Part shown: piece after piece, positions 18,682 through 28,483 of the stretch | How the letters are laid out: every line of letters begins with the position of its first letter | Numbering within the stretch: the first letter of the stretch is position 1 | The notes under the pieces: model-generated | The model's database searches: none | Told to the model about the DNA's origin: nothing | The model's input: the letters and a program-made list of their open reading frames with translations, nothing else | DNA from: Candidatus Woesearchaeota archaeon | GTDB lineage: Archaea; Nanobdellota; Nanobdellia; Woesearchaeales; UBA583 | Direction: 5' to 3' | DNA: 64,000 nucleotides | Assembly (NCBI GenBank): GCA_965205335.1 | Contig: OZ242164.1 | Location: 768,001-832,000 of the forward strand | Made by a program: the position numbers and the translations under genes

Positions 18682-18918
18682 TTAATTCTCCCAATATTTT
18701 TTCTGCTTAAAACTTAATCCTTTCTCTATAAAACCTAGAAATATCTTAGCATCAAACTCATCCATTCCAAACCGATTTGCAAACTCATGTGATGATATAG
18801 TCTCTCCGTTTTTCTTTGACGTTAAAAAATCAGCAATCTCTTGAGCTTTGCTATCACGAGTGAGTCCGTATTTATTAGCAATTCTATCAAATTTTTTCTT
18901 ATGTTCTAAAATATCCAT
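18682..18918 (-). CDS. Small hypothetical protein (78 aa), cotranscribed with gltX
   Basis: Starts immediately after the gltX stop. Confidence 0.65.
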   Translation of the reverse strand: MDILEHKKKFDRIANKYGLTRDSKAQEIADFLTSKKNGETISSHEFANRFGMDEFDAKIFLGFIEKGLSFKQKKYWEN

Positions 18919-20655
18919 CTATCTGTGGGTGAAATAAAAAATCTTCTTTCCTGATTTATCCTTTGAGTCAAGCCTAACAAACCCGAACCTTTCAAACTGA
19001 ATACTTGAACCCTCCCTTAAATTATGTAATAATTCTGTAAACCCTCTCAAACGAGAATTATCCGCTAAAATAACTCTAACTTCCTCATTATTTTTAAATG
19101 GAACATAATGAATATTTCTTTTAAACTTAAAATCCTTTGAATATTCCTTTGAGATAAATTTAACTACCATAACACTTTTTTTCTTCTCAATAATTTCAAA
19201 ATTGCCCATATGCTTTAATCTAAGTTTATCGCACACATCCAAATTATCAAAATCTAATCCGTCAATTAACCAATCTTGTTCCAATTTAAATTCACGAAAT
19301 CCTCTTGAACTATCATCTGGATGCTTATTTAATTTGATTTCTTTATTTGGAAAATCATCAATATTTAAAATATGCAATGTCTTTGGATTATGAACGAAAA
19401 AACACCTATCTGATTCAGTTTCAAGAATTTGTTTGTTAAAATAATCCAATCCCTTATGATACTCCTCTGATGTTATTTTAGAATCCCTTTTTGAAATCCC
19501 CAAAGAAAGAATGAATTTTCTAAATGCCTCCGCTCTATATCCTCTTTTTCTGTATGATAAAATACTTGGAACTCTTGGATCATCCCACCCTGAAAATACT
19601 TTCTCTTCAATCATCTGGGTAAGTTTTGTTTTTGAAAGTTCCATATCAACAAACTTCATTCTCCCAATATGAAAATAATTAGGAGGTTTCATCCCAAGAG
19701 CTTTATGAATAAGCATTTGCCTTTCCATATTAATCTCATGATCCTTTCCACGAATAACATGAGTTAATCCCATTAAAACATCATCAATAGCAACAGCAAT
19801 GTTCATTGTAGGCCAAACCTTATACTTATATCCAACTTTTGCATGTTTATTTTCATTGACTCTTGCAAGTACGAAAGATCTCATTGCAGGATTTTTATGT
19901 TTAATATCACATCTAAACCTGAGAACAGAATCCTTTAATTCTCCTTTCATAAACTTTTCAAATTTCTCTTTTTGAGTATCAAAATTCATTTTAGCATGTA
20001 GACACATCTCACAATTATTAGTATATGACTTAAACGTTTCACTATCACAATTACATACATAAATCTTATTAATTTGGGCAAGTTTTCTTAGGTATTTGTA
20101 ATATATTGGAACTCTCTCTGACTGATAGAAAATTTCATCAACATTTCCATCGCAAATCCATTTTATATCATCAATTACTTTATCATAATTTGAAATGTCA
20201 ATATTATCAGGATTTGTGTCTGCAATTCTTACAATGAATTTTCCTCCATATTTCTTTTTGAATTCATGGTTTGCAATGATTGGAAACAAATGACCTAAAT
20301 GCAAATATCCCGAAGGTGCAGGCTCAATTCTTACAACAACACCATTTTCTGTATCTGGCAGATTAGGGAGTCCATCTTTTTTTTGCATTTCCTTCTTTTC
20401 TTTTCCTTTAGTAAAAAAATCAGGATTTAGTTCTCTTAACTTATCACTCTGTTCCTGCATTGACATTGAATTAACATCATCCACAATTTTATTAATTATG
20501 TTTGTGCATTCGCCTATATTTGATTTTATTTTAGGAAATTTAGAAATACTTTTTCCCAAGAGGACTTTAGGATTGGCTTTTCCTTTAAAATTTATTGCGT
20601 TTTCAAGTGCCTGCATAAATACAAATTCTTCAAACTCATATTGATCAATATTCAT
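18919..20655 (-). CDS. gltX: Glutamyl-tRNA synthetase (archaeal type)
   Basis: ALENAI..KGKAN N-terminus, PAPSGYLHLGH (HIGH), THVIRGKDH, GWDDPR and QFERFGF. Confidence 0.95.
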   Translation of the reverse strand: MNIDQYEFEEFVFMQALENAINFKGKANPKVLLGKSISKFPKIKSNIGECTNIINKIVDDVNSMSMQEQSDKLRELNPDFFTKGKEKKEMQKKDGLPNLPDTENGVVVRIEPAPSGYLHLGHLFPIIANHEFKKKYGGKFIVRIADTNPDNIDISNYDKVIDDIKWICDGNVDEIFYQSERVPIYYKYLRKLAQINKIYVCNCDSETFKSYTNNCEMCLHAKMNFDTQKEKFEKFMKGELKDSVLRFRCDIKHKNPAMRSFVLARVNENKHAKVGYKYKVWPTMNIAVAIDDVLMGLTHVIRGKDHEINMERQMLIHKALGMKPPNYFHIGRMKFVDMELSKTKLTQMIEEKVFSGWDDPRVPSILSYRKRGYRAEAFRKFILSLGISKRDSKITSEEYHKGLDYFNKQILETESDRCFFVHNPKTLHILNIDDFPNKEIKLNKHPDDSSRGFREFKLEQDWLIDGLDFDNLDVCDKLRLKHMGNFEIIEKKKSVMVVKFISKEYSKDFKFKRNIHYVPFKNNEEVRVILADNSRLRGFTELLHNLREGSSIQFERFGFVRLDSKDKSGKKIFYFTHR

Positions 20656-20685
20656 TTTTTATTTAATAATATGAGTTACCTAACT

Positions 20686-20693
20686 TTTATAAA
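20686..20693. promoter_or_regulatory. Palindromic TATA box between divergent gltX and aIF-2beta
   Basis: TTTATAAA within a 59-bp divergent intergenic region. Confidence 0.6.
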
Positions 20694-20714
20694 TATAATC
20701 CCATTAATATTCTT

Positions 20715-21125
20715 ATGGATGAAACTCAATATAATGAACTTTTAGAGATAGCATATAAGGAATTACCTCAATTCCTATACAAAAAAGAAAGATTTGAAAT
20801 TCCTCAGGTAAGAGGCAGATTAATAAAATCGAGAACTGTTGTAAACAATTTTAAGGAGATTAGTTCTGATTTTTCAAGATCTTTAGAGCATTTATCTAAG
20901 TTTATGTTAAAGGATTTAGGAGTTCGTGGGGAAATTGATAGCAGAAAAAATTTAGTTCTTCATTCTCGGTTTTCACCAACAGCACTTAACAAAGCAGTTG
21001 AAAAATATTACAAATCATATATTGAGTGTCCGCACTGCAATAGTCCTGATACAGAATTCTCTAATAACGAAACGAATCTTGAATGTAAGGCATGTGGACA
21101 TCTGGAAAAAATTCCAAAATTATAA
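20715..21125 (+). CDS. eif2b: Translation initiation factor aIF-2 beta subunit
   Basis: ERFEIP, NFKEI and the CPHCNSPDT...CKACG zinc ribbon. Confidence 0.92.
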   Translation: MDETQYNELLEIAYKELPQFLYKKERFEIPQVRGRLIKSRTVVNNFKEISSDFSRSLEHLSKFMLKDLGVRGEIDSRKNLVLHSRFSPTALNKAVEKYYKSYIECPHCNSPDTEFSNNETNLECKACGHLEKIPKL

Positions 21126-21244
21126 ATTTCTTGCAAATACATTCCTCCCATATCAACATTCAAGCAGTTCACAAATTAATGCCTTTACTCAATAATCAGT
21201 ATAAATCATTAAAACATACTTGTGATATGAAAAATTAGTATAAA

Positions 21245-23869
21245 ATGGATTTAAGTAGTATTGCTAAAAATTTAAAAGAAGGTTCTGTAATGTGCCTTAA
21301 AGAAGATAAGGATATTCTCTGGTTTGATGAACTGGGAATTGAAGATGTTCCATTAGTTGGAGGTAAGAATGCATCTCTTGGGGAGATGTATGTTTCACTT
21401 ACAAAAATAGGTGTTAAAATTCCGTACGGATTTTCAATAACAGCACATGCATATAGAGATTTCATTGAAACAACTAAAACAAAAGAAAGAATAAAGGAAA
21501 TCCTATCCGACTTAGATACATCCAATCTTTTAAACCTACAAGAGAGAGGAAAAAAAGTTCGTTCAGTTATTATGGATGCACAATTTCCGCAAGAACTTAG
21601 AATGCACATAATTAGTGCGTATAGAAGAATGGAAGAAATGTATGGGAAATACATAGACGTTGCAGTAAGATCCTCAGCAACCGCAGAAGATTTGCCAGAT
21701 GCATCATTTGCAGGCCAGCAGGAAACATATTTAAACATCCATTCAGAAGAACAACTGCTTCACTCATGTAAGAGATGTTTTGCATCCCTATTTACAGACA
21801 GGGCAATATCATACAGAGAAGATAAAAAATTTAACCAATTTGATATTGCATTATCAATTGGAGTTCAGAAAATGGTTAGATCTGATTTAGCATGTAGTGG
21901 GGTTATGTTTTCAATTGACACAGAAACAGGTTTTGATAAAGTAGCAGTCATAACAGGAGCATACGGATTAGGGGAAAACGTTGTGCAAGGAGCAGTAAAC
22001 CCTGATGAGTACATTGTTTTCAAACCTACTCTTGAAGAGGGGTACAGACCTATAATTTCAAAAACAGTTGGAGAAAAGCATATGAAAATGATCTACGATC
22101 AGACAGGAGGAAAAATGACAAAAAATGTCTCAGTTCCAAAATCTATGCAAGAAAAGTTCATTCTAACTGATGATGAAGTTCTCCAACTATCCAGATGGGC
22201 AATTATAATTGAGGACCATTATAGTGCCAAGAAAGGAGAGTACTCCCCAATGGATATGGAATGGGCTAAAGATGGCAAATCAGGAGAACTCTTCATTGTC
22301 CAAGCAAGACCAGAGACAGTTCAGTCAAGAAACGATAAATCAAAAATAACTACTTATTCAATGGCTGAAAAAGGAGAAGTTATAACTCATGGAGTTGCTG
22401 TTGGTTCAAAAATTGCTCATGGAAATGTGAAAGTTGTTTTTGACATTCACGAGGCAAATAATTTTAACGAAGGTGATATCTTAGTAACAGATATGACAGA
22501 CCCAGACTGGCAGCCAATCATGAAAAAAGCCAGTGCGATTATTACAAACAGAGGAGGAAGAACCTGTCATGCCGCAATTATTTCAAGAGAAATGGGAGTT
22601 CCGGCAGTTGTTGGCTGCGGCGATGCAACAAGCGTATTAAAAAATAACCAAAAAATAACTGTTTCATGTGCAGAGGGTGAAATAGGAAAAGTTTACAAAG
22701 GACATCTAAAATACAAAGTATCAGAGACAAATATAGATAGCGTTCCAGACACGAAAACAAAAATCATGCTTAACGTTGGAAATCCCCGTATGGCTTTCTC
22801 ACAGTCCTTTTTACCAAATGATGGAGTAGGACTTGCAAGAGAGGAATTTATTATAAACTCTGGAGTTCAGATTCATCCAAATGCTCTTTTATATTTTAGA
22901 GAATTAAAGAAAAACAAAGAAGCACATGAAGATGTCAAAAAAATTGAAGAACTAACAAAAGGATATAAAGATAAAGTTGAGTATTATGTTGATAAACTAT
23001 CAGAAGGAACTGCATTAATAGGGGCAGCATTTTACCCTAAAAAAGTAATCATAAGACTATCAGACTTTAAATCAAATGAATATGCAAATCTAATTGGTGG
23101 AAAATTCTTTGAACCTATTGAAGATAATCCTATGATAGGGTTTAGAGGTTCATCAAGATATTATTCACCTCATTTCAAAGAAGCCTTTAAACTTGAATGT
23201 CAAGCTATTAAAAAAGTCCGTGAAGAATTTGGGTTGAAGAATGTTTCTGTTATGATTCCCTTTTGCAGAACAGTTGATGAAGCAAAGAAAGTTCTTCTTA
23301 CAATGAAAGAAGGAGGACTTGAAAGAGAGGTTGATGGATTGCAGGTTTACTTAATGTGCGAGATACCATCAAATGTAATTTTAGCCGACCAGTTTTTAGA
23401 TTTAGTTGATGGATATTCTATTGGAACAAATGATTTAACTCAACTAGCCTTAGGACTTGACAGAGATTCAGAACTTGTATCAGAAGTTTATGATGAAAGA
23501 GATGGTGCTATTTTAGACTTAGTCTCCCATGTTATCCATAAATGCAACGAACGTAGAAAATACATAGGTATTTGCGGACAAGCCCCTTCCGATTACCCTG
23601 AATTTGCACAATTTATCGTTGAGCAGGGGATTGGGACAATGTCTCTAAACCCAGATACAATAATTAAAACAAAATTAATGATTGCCGAACTTGAAAAAAA
23701 ACTCGCAAGAAAACCAGTTAAATTCAACGTTGGATTTAATCCTGTTCACATTGAAATTAAGAGTTCTCCGAGTTCTGTTCCAAAGAAAAGTTCATCGAAA
23801 AAGAAGGTAATTGTTAAGAAAAAATCTGTGTCAAAACCCAAGAAAGTCTCCAAATCCAAAAAGAAATAA
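21245..23869 (+). CDS. ppsA: Phosphoenolpyruvate synthase with a Lys/Ser-rich C-terminal tail
   Basis: VGGKNASLGEM, SFAGQQETYLN, GGRTCHAAI, GVGLAREEF and ICGQAPSDYP motifs. Confidence 0.96.
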   Translation: MDLSSIAKNLKEGSVMCLKEDKDILWFDELGIEDVPLVGGKNASLGEMYVSLTKIGVKIPYGFSITAHAYRDFIETTKTKERIKEILSDLDTSNLLNLQERGKKVRSVIMDAQFPQELRMHIISAYRRMEEMYGKYIDVAVRSSATAEDLPDASFAGQQETYLNIHSEEQLLHSCKRCFASLFTDRAISYREDKKFNQFDIALSIGVQKMVRSDLACSGVMFSIDTETGFDKVAVITGAYGLGENVVQGAVNPDEYIVFKPTLEEGYRPIISKTVGEKHMKMIYDQTGGKMTKNVSVPKSMQEKFILTDDEVLQLSRWAIIIEDHYSAKKGEYSPMDMEWAKDGKSGELFIVQARPETVQSRNDKSKITTYSMAEKGEVITHGVAVGSKIAHGNVKVVFDIHEANNFNEGDILVTDMTDPDWQPIMKKASAIITNRGGRTCHAAIISREMGVPAVVGCGDATSVLKNNQKITVSCAEGEIGKVYKGHLKYKVSETNIDSVPDTKTKIMLNVGNPRMAFSQSFLPNDGVGLAREEFIINSGVQIHPNALLYFRELKKNKEAHEDVKKIEELTKGYKDKVEYYVDKLSEGTALIGAAFYPKKVIIRLSDFKSNEYANLIGGKFFEPIEDNPMIGFRGSSRYYSPHFKEAFKLECQAIKKVREEFGLKNVSVMIPFCRTVDEAKKVLLTMKEGGLEREVDGLQVYLMCEIPSNVILADQFLDLVDGYSIGTNDLTQLALGLDRDSELVSEVYDERDGAILDLVSHVIHKCNERRKYIGICGQAPSDYPEFAQFIVEQGIGTMSLNPDTIIKTKLMIAELEKKLARKPVKFNVGFNPVHIEIKSSPSSVPKKSSSKKKVIVKKKSVSKPKKVSKSKKK

Positions 23870-24095
23870 ATTTTTCAAATTAGGAATATCTTTCTTCTCA
23901 TTGTTTCTATTTTTGATTTCTTCTTTCCACTTTGAACTTCTTTCCAGTTTTTTAGATATTTTTCAGTTGTCATTTATCATTTTAATTTATAATTATCCAT
24001 CAACTGATGCTTAAAAAATAGAAAAACCAACTGAATTTATTACAGAATCATTGACACAAAACCTTTATAAAAGATGAAATATTTAAGATTCTTAA

Positions 24096-24980
24096 ATGAT
24101 GGTGAAAATACTAATGATCACTTTATTTCTATTTTTGTCATCACTTTTTATTATTAACACTGCATTTGCTCTCTCATGCTCCCCCTCTTATCCTGTGATT
24201 GGGGAGGTTGTAGATTTTTCTTCTGAGAATGGATCTTCATACAGCACTGTCCTTCTTGAAAATGTTAAACTTTTTAACATATATGACAATGATGACTTAC
24301 CCCATGACATTAGTAGTTCTGATTTTTATCCTATTGATGCATATGAGGACGTTGTCCATAGTTATATTAATGGAGAGAAACTACCAGAGTATGATCAATC
24401 TGAAGTTTCTTACTCACCAGACCTATCAGAGTATAAAAACGTAGCCATTCAGGATGTTGTACTTGAGAAAATAGATATGAAGGCAGGTGATATCTTAATT
24501 AGTGGACCTCCTTTTCATGTGTGCAGTTATAGTTTCATAGGAATTTTTTCGCAGGACGGAAAGTTAAAATATGTAGTTGTTAGTAGGGGTTCATACGACA
24601 GTTATTCCTATCGTGAAACGGAAATTGAAGTTGCTCCCGGCAGAGAAATAAAATGTGATAATGATAGTTGCAAAGTTCAGGTGGATTATAGGGTTGGCGA
24701 TGAGAAATTTACTTTGTCTTTAAATCAGTTTTATTCGCCTGAGGCGGAAGTTTTCAGTTCATTTACTCTTTTAGATTCAAGCGACTATAAAAAGAGAGAA
24801 GATGATTTTGTACTTGTTGACTCTGGGATGAGTCGCTATGTAACTTATATAATTGCCTTTTCTAAGTCTGCTGGTGACGATAAATGTGAAAGTGTAGAAG
24901 AATGCGATGAGACTGAGGAGGAGAACTCAGAAGGCATTTTCAGAGCAATAGTAAATTGGTTTAAATCTCTCTTTTCTTGA
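24096..24980 (+). CDS. Secreted/surface hypothetical protein
   Basis: Signal peptide ending AFA|LSC, an acidic body with several Cys, and an amphipathic C-terminus IFRAIVNWFKSLFS. Confidence 0.75.
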   Translation: MMVKILMITLFLFLSSLFIINTAFALSCSPSYPVIGEVVDFSSENGSSYSTVLLENVKLFNIYDNDDLPHDISSSDFYPIDAYEDVVHSYINGEKLPEYDQSEVSYSPDLSEYKNVAIQDVVLEKIDMKAGDILISGPPFHVCSYSFIGIFSQDGKLKYVVVSRGSYDSYSYRETEIEVAPGREIKCDNDSCKVQVDYRVGDEKFTLSLNQFYSPEAEVFSSFTLLDSSDYKKREDDFVLVDSGMSRYVTYIIAFSKSAGDDKCESVEECDETEEENSEGIFRAIVNWFKSLFS

Positions 24981-24981
24981 T

Positions 24982-25005
24982 GGTTCTGTTAACTTTTAGA
25001 GACCT
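24982..25005. mobile_element. Isolated IS6-like terminal repeat
   Basis: GGTTCTGTTAACTTTTAGAGACCT closely matches the ends at 59526 and 61751. Confidence 0.65.
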
Positions 25006-25203
25006 AGTAAATTTTAATCTACAATTTTTTTAAATTGTTTTCAATCTCTCGTTTTTGTTCATCTGTAATTAGTGTATTACCTCTAAACATATTTTGCAAT
25101 TTATTTTTAAACTAATATCAATACCAATCCATTCCCCCTAGGTGTTCTTATTCAGAGTTAATAAAAACCATTATATAAAGAAAAATTTTGAGGAATATTA
25201 AAA

Positions 25204-26505
25204 ATGGCAAAGATGAATCATAAATTTACAATATTGGTTTTAGTTCTCTTTTTAGGAGTTTCTCTTGTATGGGGTGCATCAGCTAACGTTGAACCCAACG
25301 TTGGTTTTGATAATACTAACGATAATAATGTTCGTGGTGGTGTTGTTTCTTTTGATGGTGTCTGTGGTGAATTTAATAATTGTTTGACAGGAATATTTTC
25401 AGATCGTCCTGATAGTGAAACTCATCACAAATGGGTTTGTTATGGAATTGGTAGTGGAAAAGATTTAAATTGTATGTATCCGAAACCTTTTAATAGTACT
25501 CCTTCTGATAAAAACTCTGATGGTGTTCCTGTTGATGGTGTCTGTGGTAATTTTAATAATTGTTTGACAGGAATATTTTCATATAGTCGTGATAGTGAAG
25601 CTTATCACAGATGGGTTTGTTATGGAATTAATGGTGGAAAAGATTTAAATTGTATGTATCCGAAACCTTTTAATAGTACTCCTCCTCATAAAAACTCTGG
25701 TGGTGTTCGTGCTGGTGTTGTTCCTGTTGATGGTGTCTGTGGTAAAATTAATAATTGTTTGACAGGAATTTTTCAAAGTCATCCTGATAGTGAAGCTCAT
25801 TACATCTGGGCTTGTTATGGGATTAATGAAGGAAAAGATTTAGGTTGTATATATCCGAAACCTTTTAATAGTACTCCTCCTCATACTCTTGTTGGTGTCT
25901 GTGGTGATTCCCCTTATACTTGTTTAGTAGGGGGAATGGATATTAAGAAAAATTATAATAACAGTTATCTTTGGCGTTGTGCAGATGTAGAATGTAAAGC
26001 ACCACAACCATTAATTTTCAATATATCAACTAATAGTTATGGGAAAGGTTCTAATTTATCTTATTATGTATTTAATGTTTTTGGAGAGAGTTTGAGGGAT
26101 AATATAGACGTTTATGGTATTAGTGCTGAGGGAAAAGGGTTCAGAAGTTTTATGAGAGGAACAAGTAAAACAGGTAGTACTGGTTATTTCACAGTTCCAA
26201 AAGAAGCAAATCTGTGTGGTTCTGTAGACAAATGTGCAATTCTTATTGAATTTGAAGAACGACTATTTACAAACACCAAAAGTAGTAAATATTGGTCGTG
26301 GCCAGGATTAGATATATATTATATAGACAGCAAAAAAGTTGAAGTATCTAATTTTTGTAGCACACTAAACGAAACAGAATGTGCAATCGATAGAATATGT
26401 GAGCCTAAATTTGAAAGTTTTTGGCAATGGTTTAAATGGTTTGATAAATGTATAAATCCAGAAGCATTTAACGAAACATATTCACTCTATATAGAATATG
26501 ATTGA
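25204..26505 (+). CDS. Secreted Cys-rich repeat surface protein
   Basis: Signal peptide plus three ~60-aa repeats DGVCG.(F/I)NNCLTGIF...DSE....W.CYGI..GKDL.C.YPKPFNSTP and a divergent fourth. Confidence 0.85.
   Translation: MAKMNHKFTILVLVLFLGVSLVWGASANVEPNVGFDNTNDNNVRGGVVSFDGVCGEFNNCLTGIFSDRPDSETHHKWVCYGIGSGKDLNCMYPKPFNSTPSDKNSDGVPVDGVCGNFNNCLTGIFSYSRDSEAYHRWVCYGINGGKDLNCMYPKPFNSTPPHKNSGGVRAGVVPVDGVCGKINNCLTGIFQSHPDSEAHYIWACYGINEGKDLGCIYPKPFNSTPPHTLVGVCGDSPYTCLVGGMDIKKNYNNSYLWRCADVECKAPQPLIFNISTNSYGKGSNLSYYVFNVFGESLRDNIDVYGISAEGKGFRSFMRGTSKTGSTGYFTVPKEANLCGSVDKCAILIEFEERLFTNTKSSKYWSWPGLDIYYIDSKKVEVSNFCSTLNETECAIDRICEPKFESFWQWFKWFDKCINPEAFNETYSLYIEYD
25354..25884 (+). repeat. Intragenic tandem repeat, 3 copies starting at 25354, 25534 and 25729
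   Basis: Near-identical DNA units with 180-bp and 195-bp periods. Confidence 0.92.
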
Positions 26506-26527
26506 AGAATAACTCCTAAATCTTAAA

Positions 26528-26683
26528 ATGGGAGAAGAAAATAAAACGCCGTATATTGATGAGGATTACCATGAGGCGTGGGTTAAGTTTTGTGTTGCTA
26601 ACTTCAAAACTAAAAAAGTGTTAAGCAAAATAATAACAGAAGCAATGGAACTGTATATGGTAAATTTTGAAAGAATAAATTAA
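26528..26683 (+). CDS. Small ribbon-helix-helix-like protein (51 aa), below the ORF-track cutoff
   Basis: MGEENKTPYIDEDYHEAWVKFCVANFKTKKVLSKIITEAMELYMVNFERIN shows a strand-helix-helix pattern. Confidence 0.5.
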   Translation: MGEENKTPYIDEDYHEAWVKFCVANFKTKKVLSKIITEAMELYMVNFERIN

Positions 26684-26788
26684 TTATAGTGGATGATTAA
26701 GATTTTTTCCACCTTTGAATGTTATCATACAAAGTAGAATAAGGAACACCTAACTCCCTCCGCTAACTTATAAAACTAACCAATCTAC

Positions 26789-26916
26789 GGCTCTGTCCAT
26801 AAATTGTTTTTTCCAAAATCTATGCTAAATATATTCAATCAAAGAAGAAAATTACTTATCAAAAATCATTTTATTTATACAACATTTTAAGTTCTCTTGA
26901 ATTTATGGACAAAGCC
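26789..26916. mobile_element. 128-bp MITE, second copy
   Basis: Colinear with 17761-17888; ends GGCTCTGTCCATAAATT / AATTTATGGACAAAGCC; no intact target duplication. Confidence 0.9.
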
Positions 26917-26924
26917 TATTTGAT

Positions 26925-27133
26925 GGTTCTGTTAAGAATTCGGCTGTTTTTTCTATTTTATTAAGCATCAGTTGATGAAGAGCATTTTTCAATATATCAT
27001 TCCGGTTGGAATTTACATCTAAATCACTTACTTGGGCTTGTGTTTTTTCATTCAAACCTAAATGTGGTCTAATGAAGTTATGATAATTCATGAATAAGTC
27101 ATAAAGTAAAAGATCTGAATTTGCTCCAGAACC
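26925..27133 (-). mobile_element. Internally deleted IS6-like element remnant
   Basis: Ends GGTTCTGTTAAG and (reverse complement) GGTTCTGGAGCAAA; encodes a DDE C-terminus YHNFIRPHLGLNEKT.AQ that reads into the repeat as LTEP. Confidence 0.75.
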
Positions 27134-27178
27134 TCATCATAATAAACTATATAAATAAACTAATACTAATTATATAAT

Positions 27179-27751
27179 ATGGAAGAAATTTTCAAAGAAT
27201 CAGTTAGAAAAGGATTTATAGCATGTAAATCAGACATTGAAGAAATAAAAAAAGAGAATGTCTCACTAAAATCTAAGATTATATCACTTGAATTCCAGAA
27301 CAAAAAACTCCAAGACAAAATAAACGAACTCTCCATTCAAATAAACGCAACAAAAATGGCTCTTGATTACATCAAAGCATTTACAGAAAATCAAAATCAA
27401 GCAAATATCCAAACACAAACAGAACCAGCTAAACAAACCCAAACCCCAAGAACTAACTCACAACAAACTATTTCGCGAAACAAACCACTGGACTCATATG
27501 ATGCACTATTAGAATTTAAAGCCAAAACAAACAAAAGAGAAATTCTGAAACAAAAACTTCTCTCAATGATTGGAGAAAACAAAATGAATCTATCTGAGTT
27601 AAAATTTATGTTCGTTGAACACTTTCGGTATTGCTCCAAAGCAACATTTTACAACTACCTAAAAGAATTAGAAATTGAAAAAACAGTAAAAATTGAAAGA
27701 GAAAACGGAAAAAATAAAATCTATCTCTCTAACATCTCACATCAACTATAA
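27179..27751 (+). CDS. Coiled-coil protein with a C-terminal wHTH-like domain
   Basis: N-terminal coiled coil (VRKGFIACKSDIEEIK), Q/T linker, then LSELKFMFVEHFRYCSKATFYNYLKELE. Confidence 0.75.
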   Translation: MEEIFKESVRKGFIACKSDIEEIKKENVSLKSKIISLEFQNKKLQDKINELSIQINATKMALDYIKAFTENQNQANIQTQTEPAKQTQTPRTNSQQTISRNKPLDSYDALLEFKAKTNKREILKQKLLSMIGENKMNLSELKFMFVEHFRYCSKATFYNYLKELEIEKTVKIERENGKNKIYLSNISHQL

Positions 27752-27796
27752 ACAAAAACTAAGTTTTATAATAAACTTCTTTTAGAGACACCCATG

Positions 27797-28459
27797 TTAA
27801 TCAGAATTAATATTAATCTCCTTTAAATCCTTCTTCTCAGAATCAAACTCAAACACCTTAAAAGTCTCCGCCAAATTAATAACCTTTGTCTTATTAACAA
27901 TCTCTTCAAGTCCAGAGGTCTCGTGAATATGTCCAACAAAAGTAACATCTGGGCTGAAATGTTCTAAAAATACTCTCGTTGAAGGAACACCTGCTATAAT
28001 AGGATAATAAGGACCTGAATCTGAAATAACAGTTCCAACAGGAGGCAAATGAGCCAAATGAATCTTAAAAGGGATATTTTCAATTGCTTTATAATTCTCA
28101 ATAATATTTTTAAGAACCTCATCGTCAGGCGTCTGATTAGGCCCAATAGCCAGATAATTGCTCCCAAAAATAGCCAAATCAGAATTTACAATAATAGGAG
28201 AATTTCCAACCATGTGAATATTATAATGCTCCTTTAAAGAGTGAATTTTTTTCTTAGTCTCATGGTTTCCTGGAACCATAAATATTCTCTTACCCTTAAA
28301 CGGCTTAAGCAATTTAGTGAAATCGTCAGATTTATCAGACAAATCACCTGTAAAAATAATAAAATCTATCTCATCAAGATTAACATACTTGGAAATATTT
28401 TTAGGGAAATCAAGATTAGAATGCCAATCACTCGTTGCCAAAAACCTAACTTTACTCAT
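27797..28459 (-). CDS. Calcineurin-like metallophosphoesterase
   Basis: SDWH, TGDL, PGNHE and GHIHE motifs. Confidence 0.9.
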   Translation of the reverse strand: MSKVRFLATSDWHSNLDFPKNISKYVNLDEIDFIIFTGDLSDKSDDFTKLLKPFKGKRIFMVPGNHETKKKIHSLKEHYNIHMVGNSPIIVNSDLAIFGSNYLAIGPNQTPDDEVLKNIIENYKAIENIPFKIHLAHLPPVGTVISDSGPYYPIIAGVPSTRVFLEHFSPDVTFVGHIHETSGLEEIVNKTKVINLAETFKVFEFDSEKKDLKEININSD

Positions 28460-28483
28460 AAAACTATTAAGAAGGTTAAATAT

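Noticed and set aside
21235-21738. 167-aa antisense ORF and the other short antisense or nested ORFs in the track
   Set aside because: These are shadow frames of well-supported genes (ppsA, the ATPase, aglB and others) with no motifs of their own.
23811-24014. 67-aa ORF overlapping the ppsA end
   Set aside because: TTG start inside ppsA, low-complexity sequence and no recognisable features.
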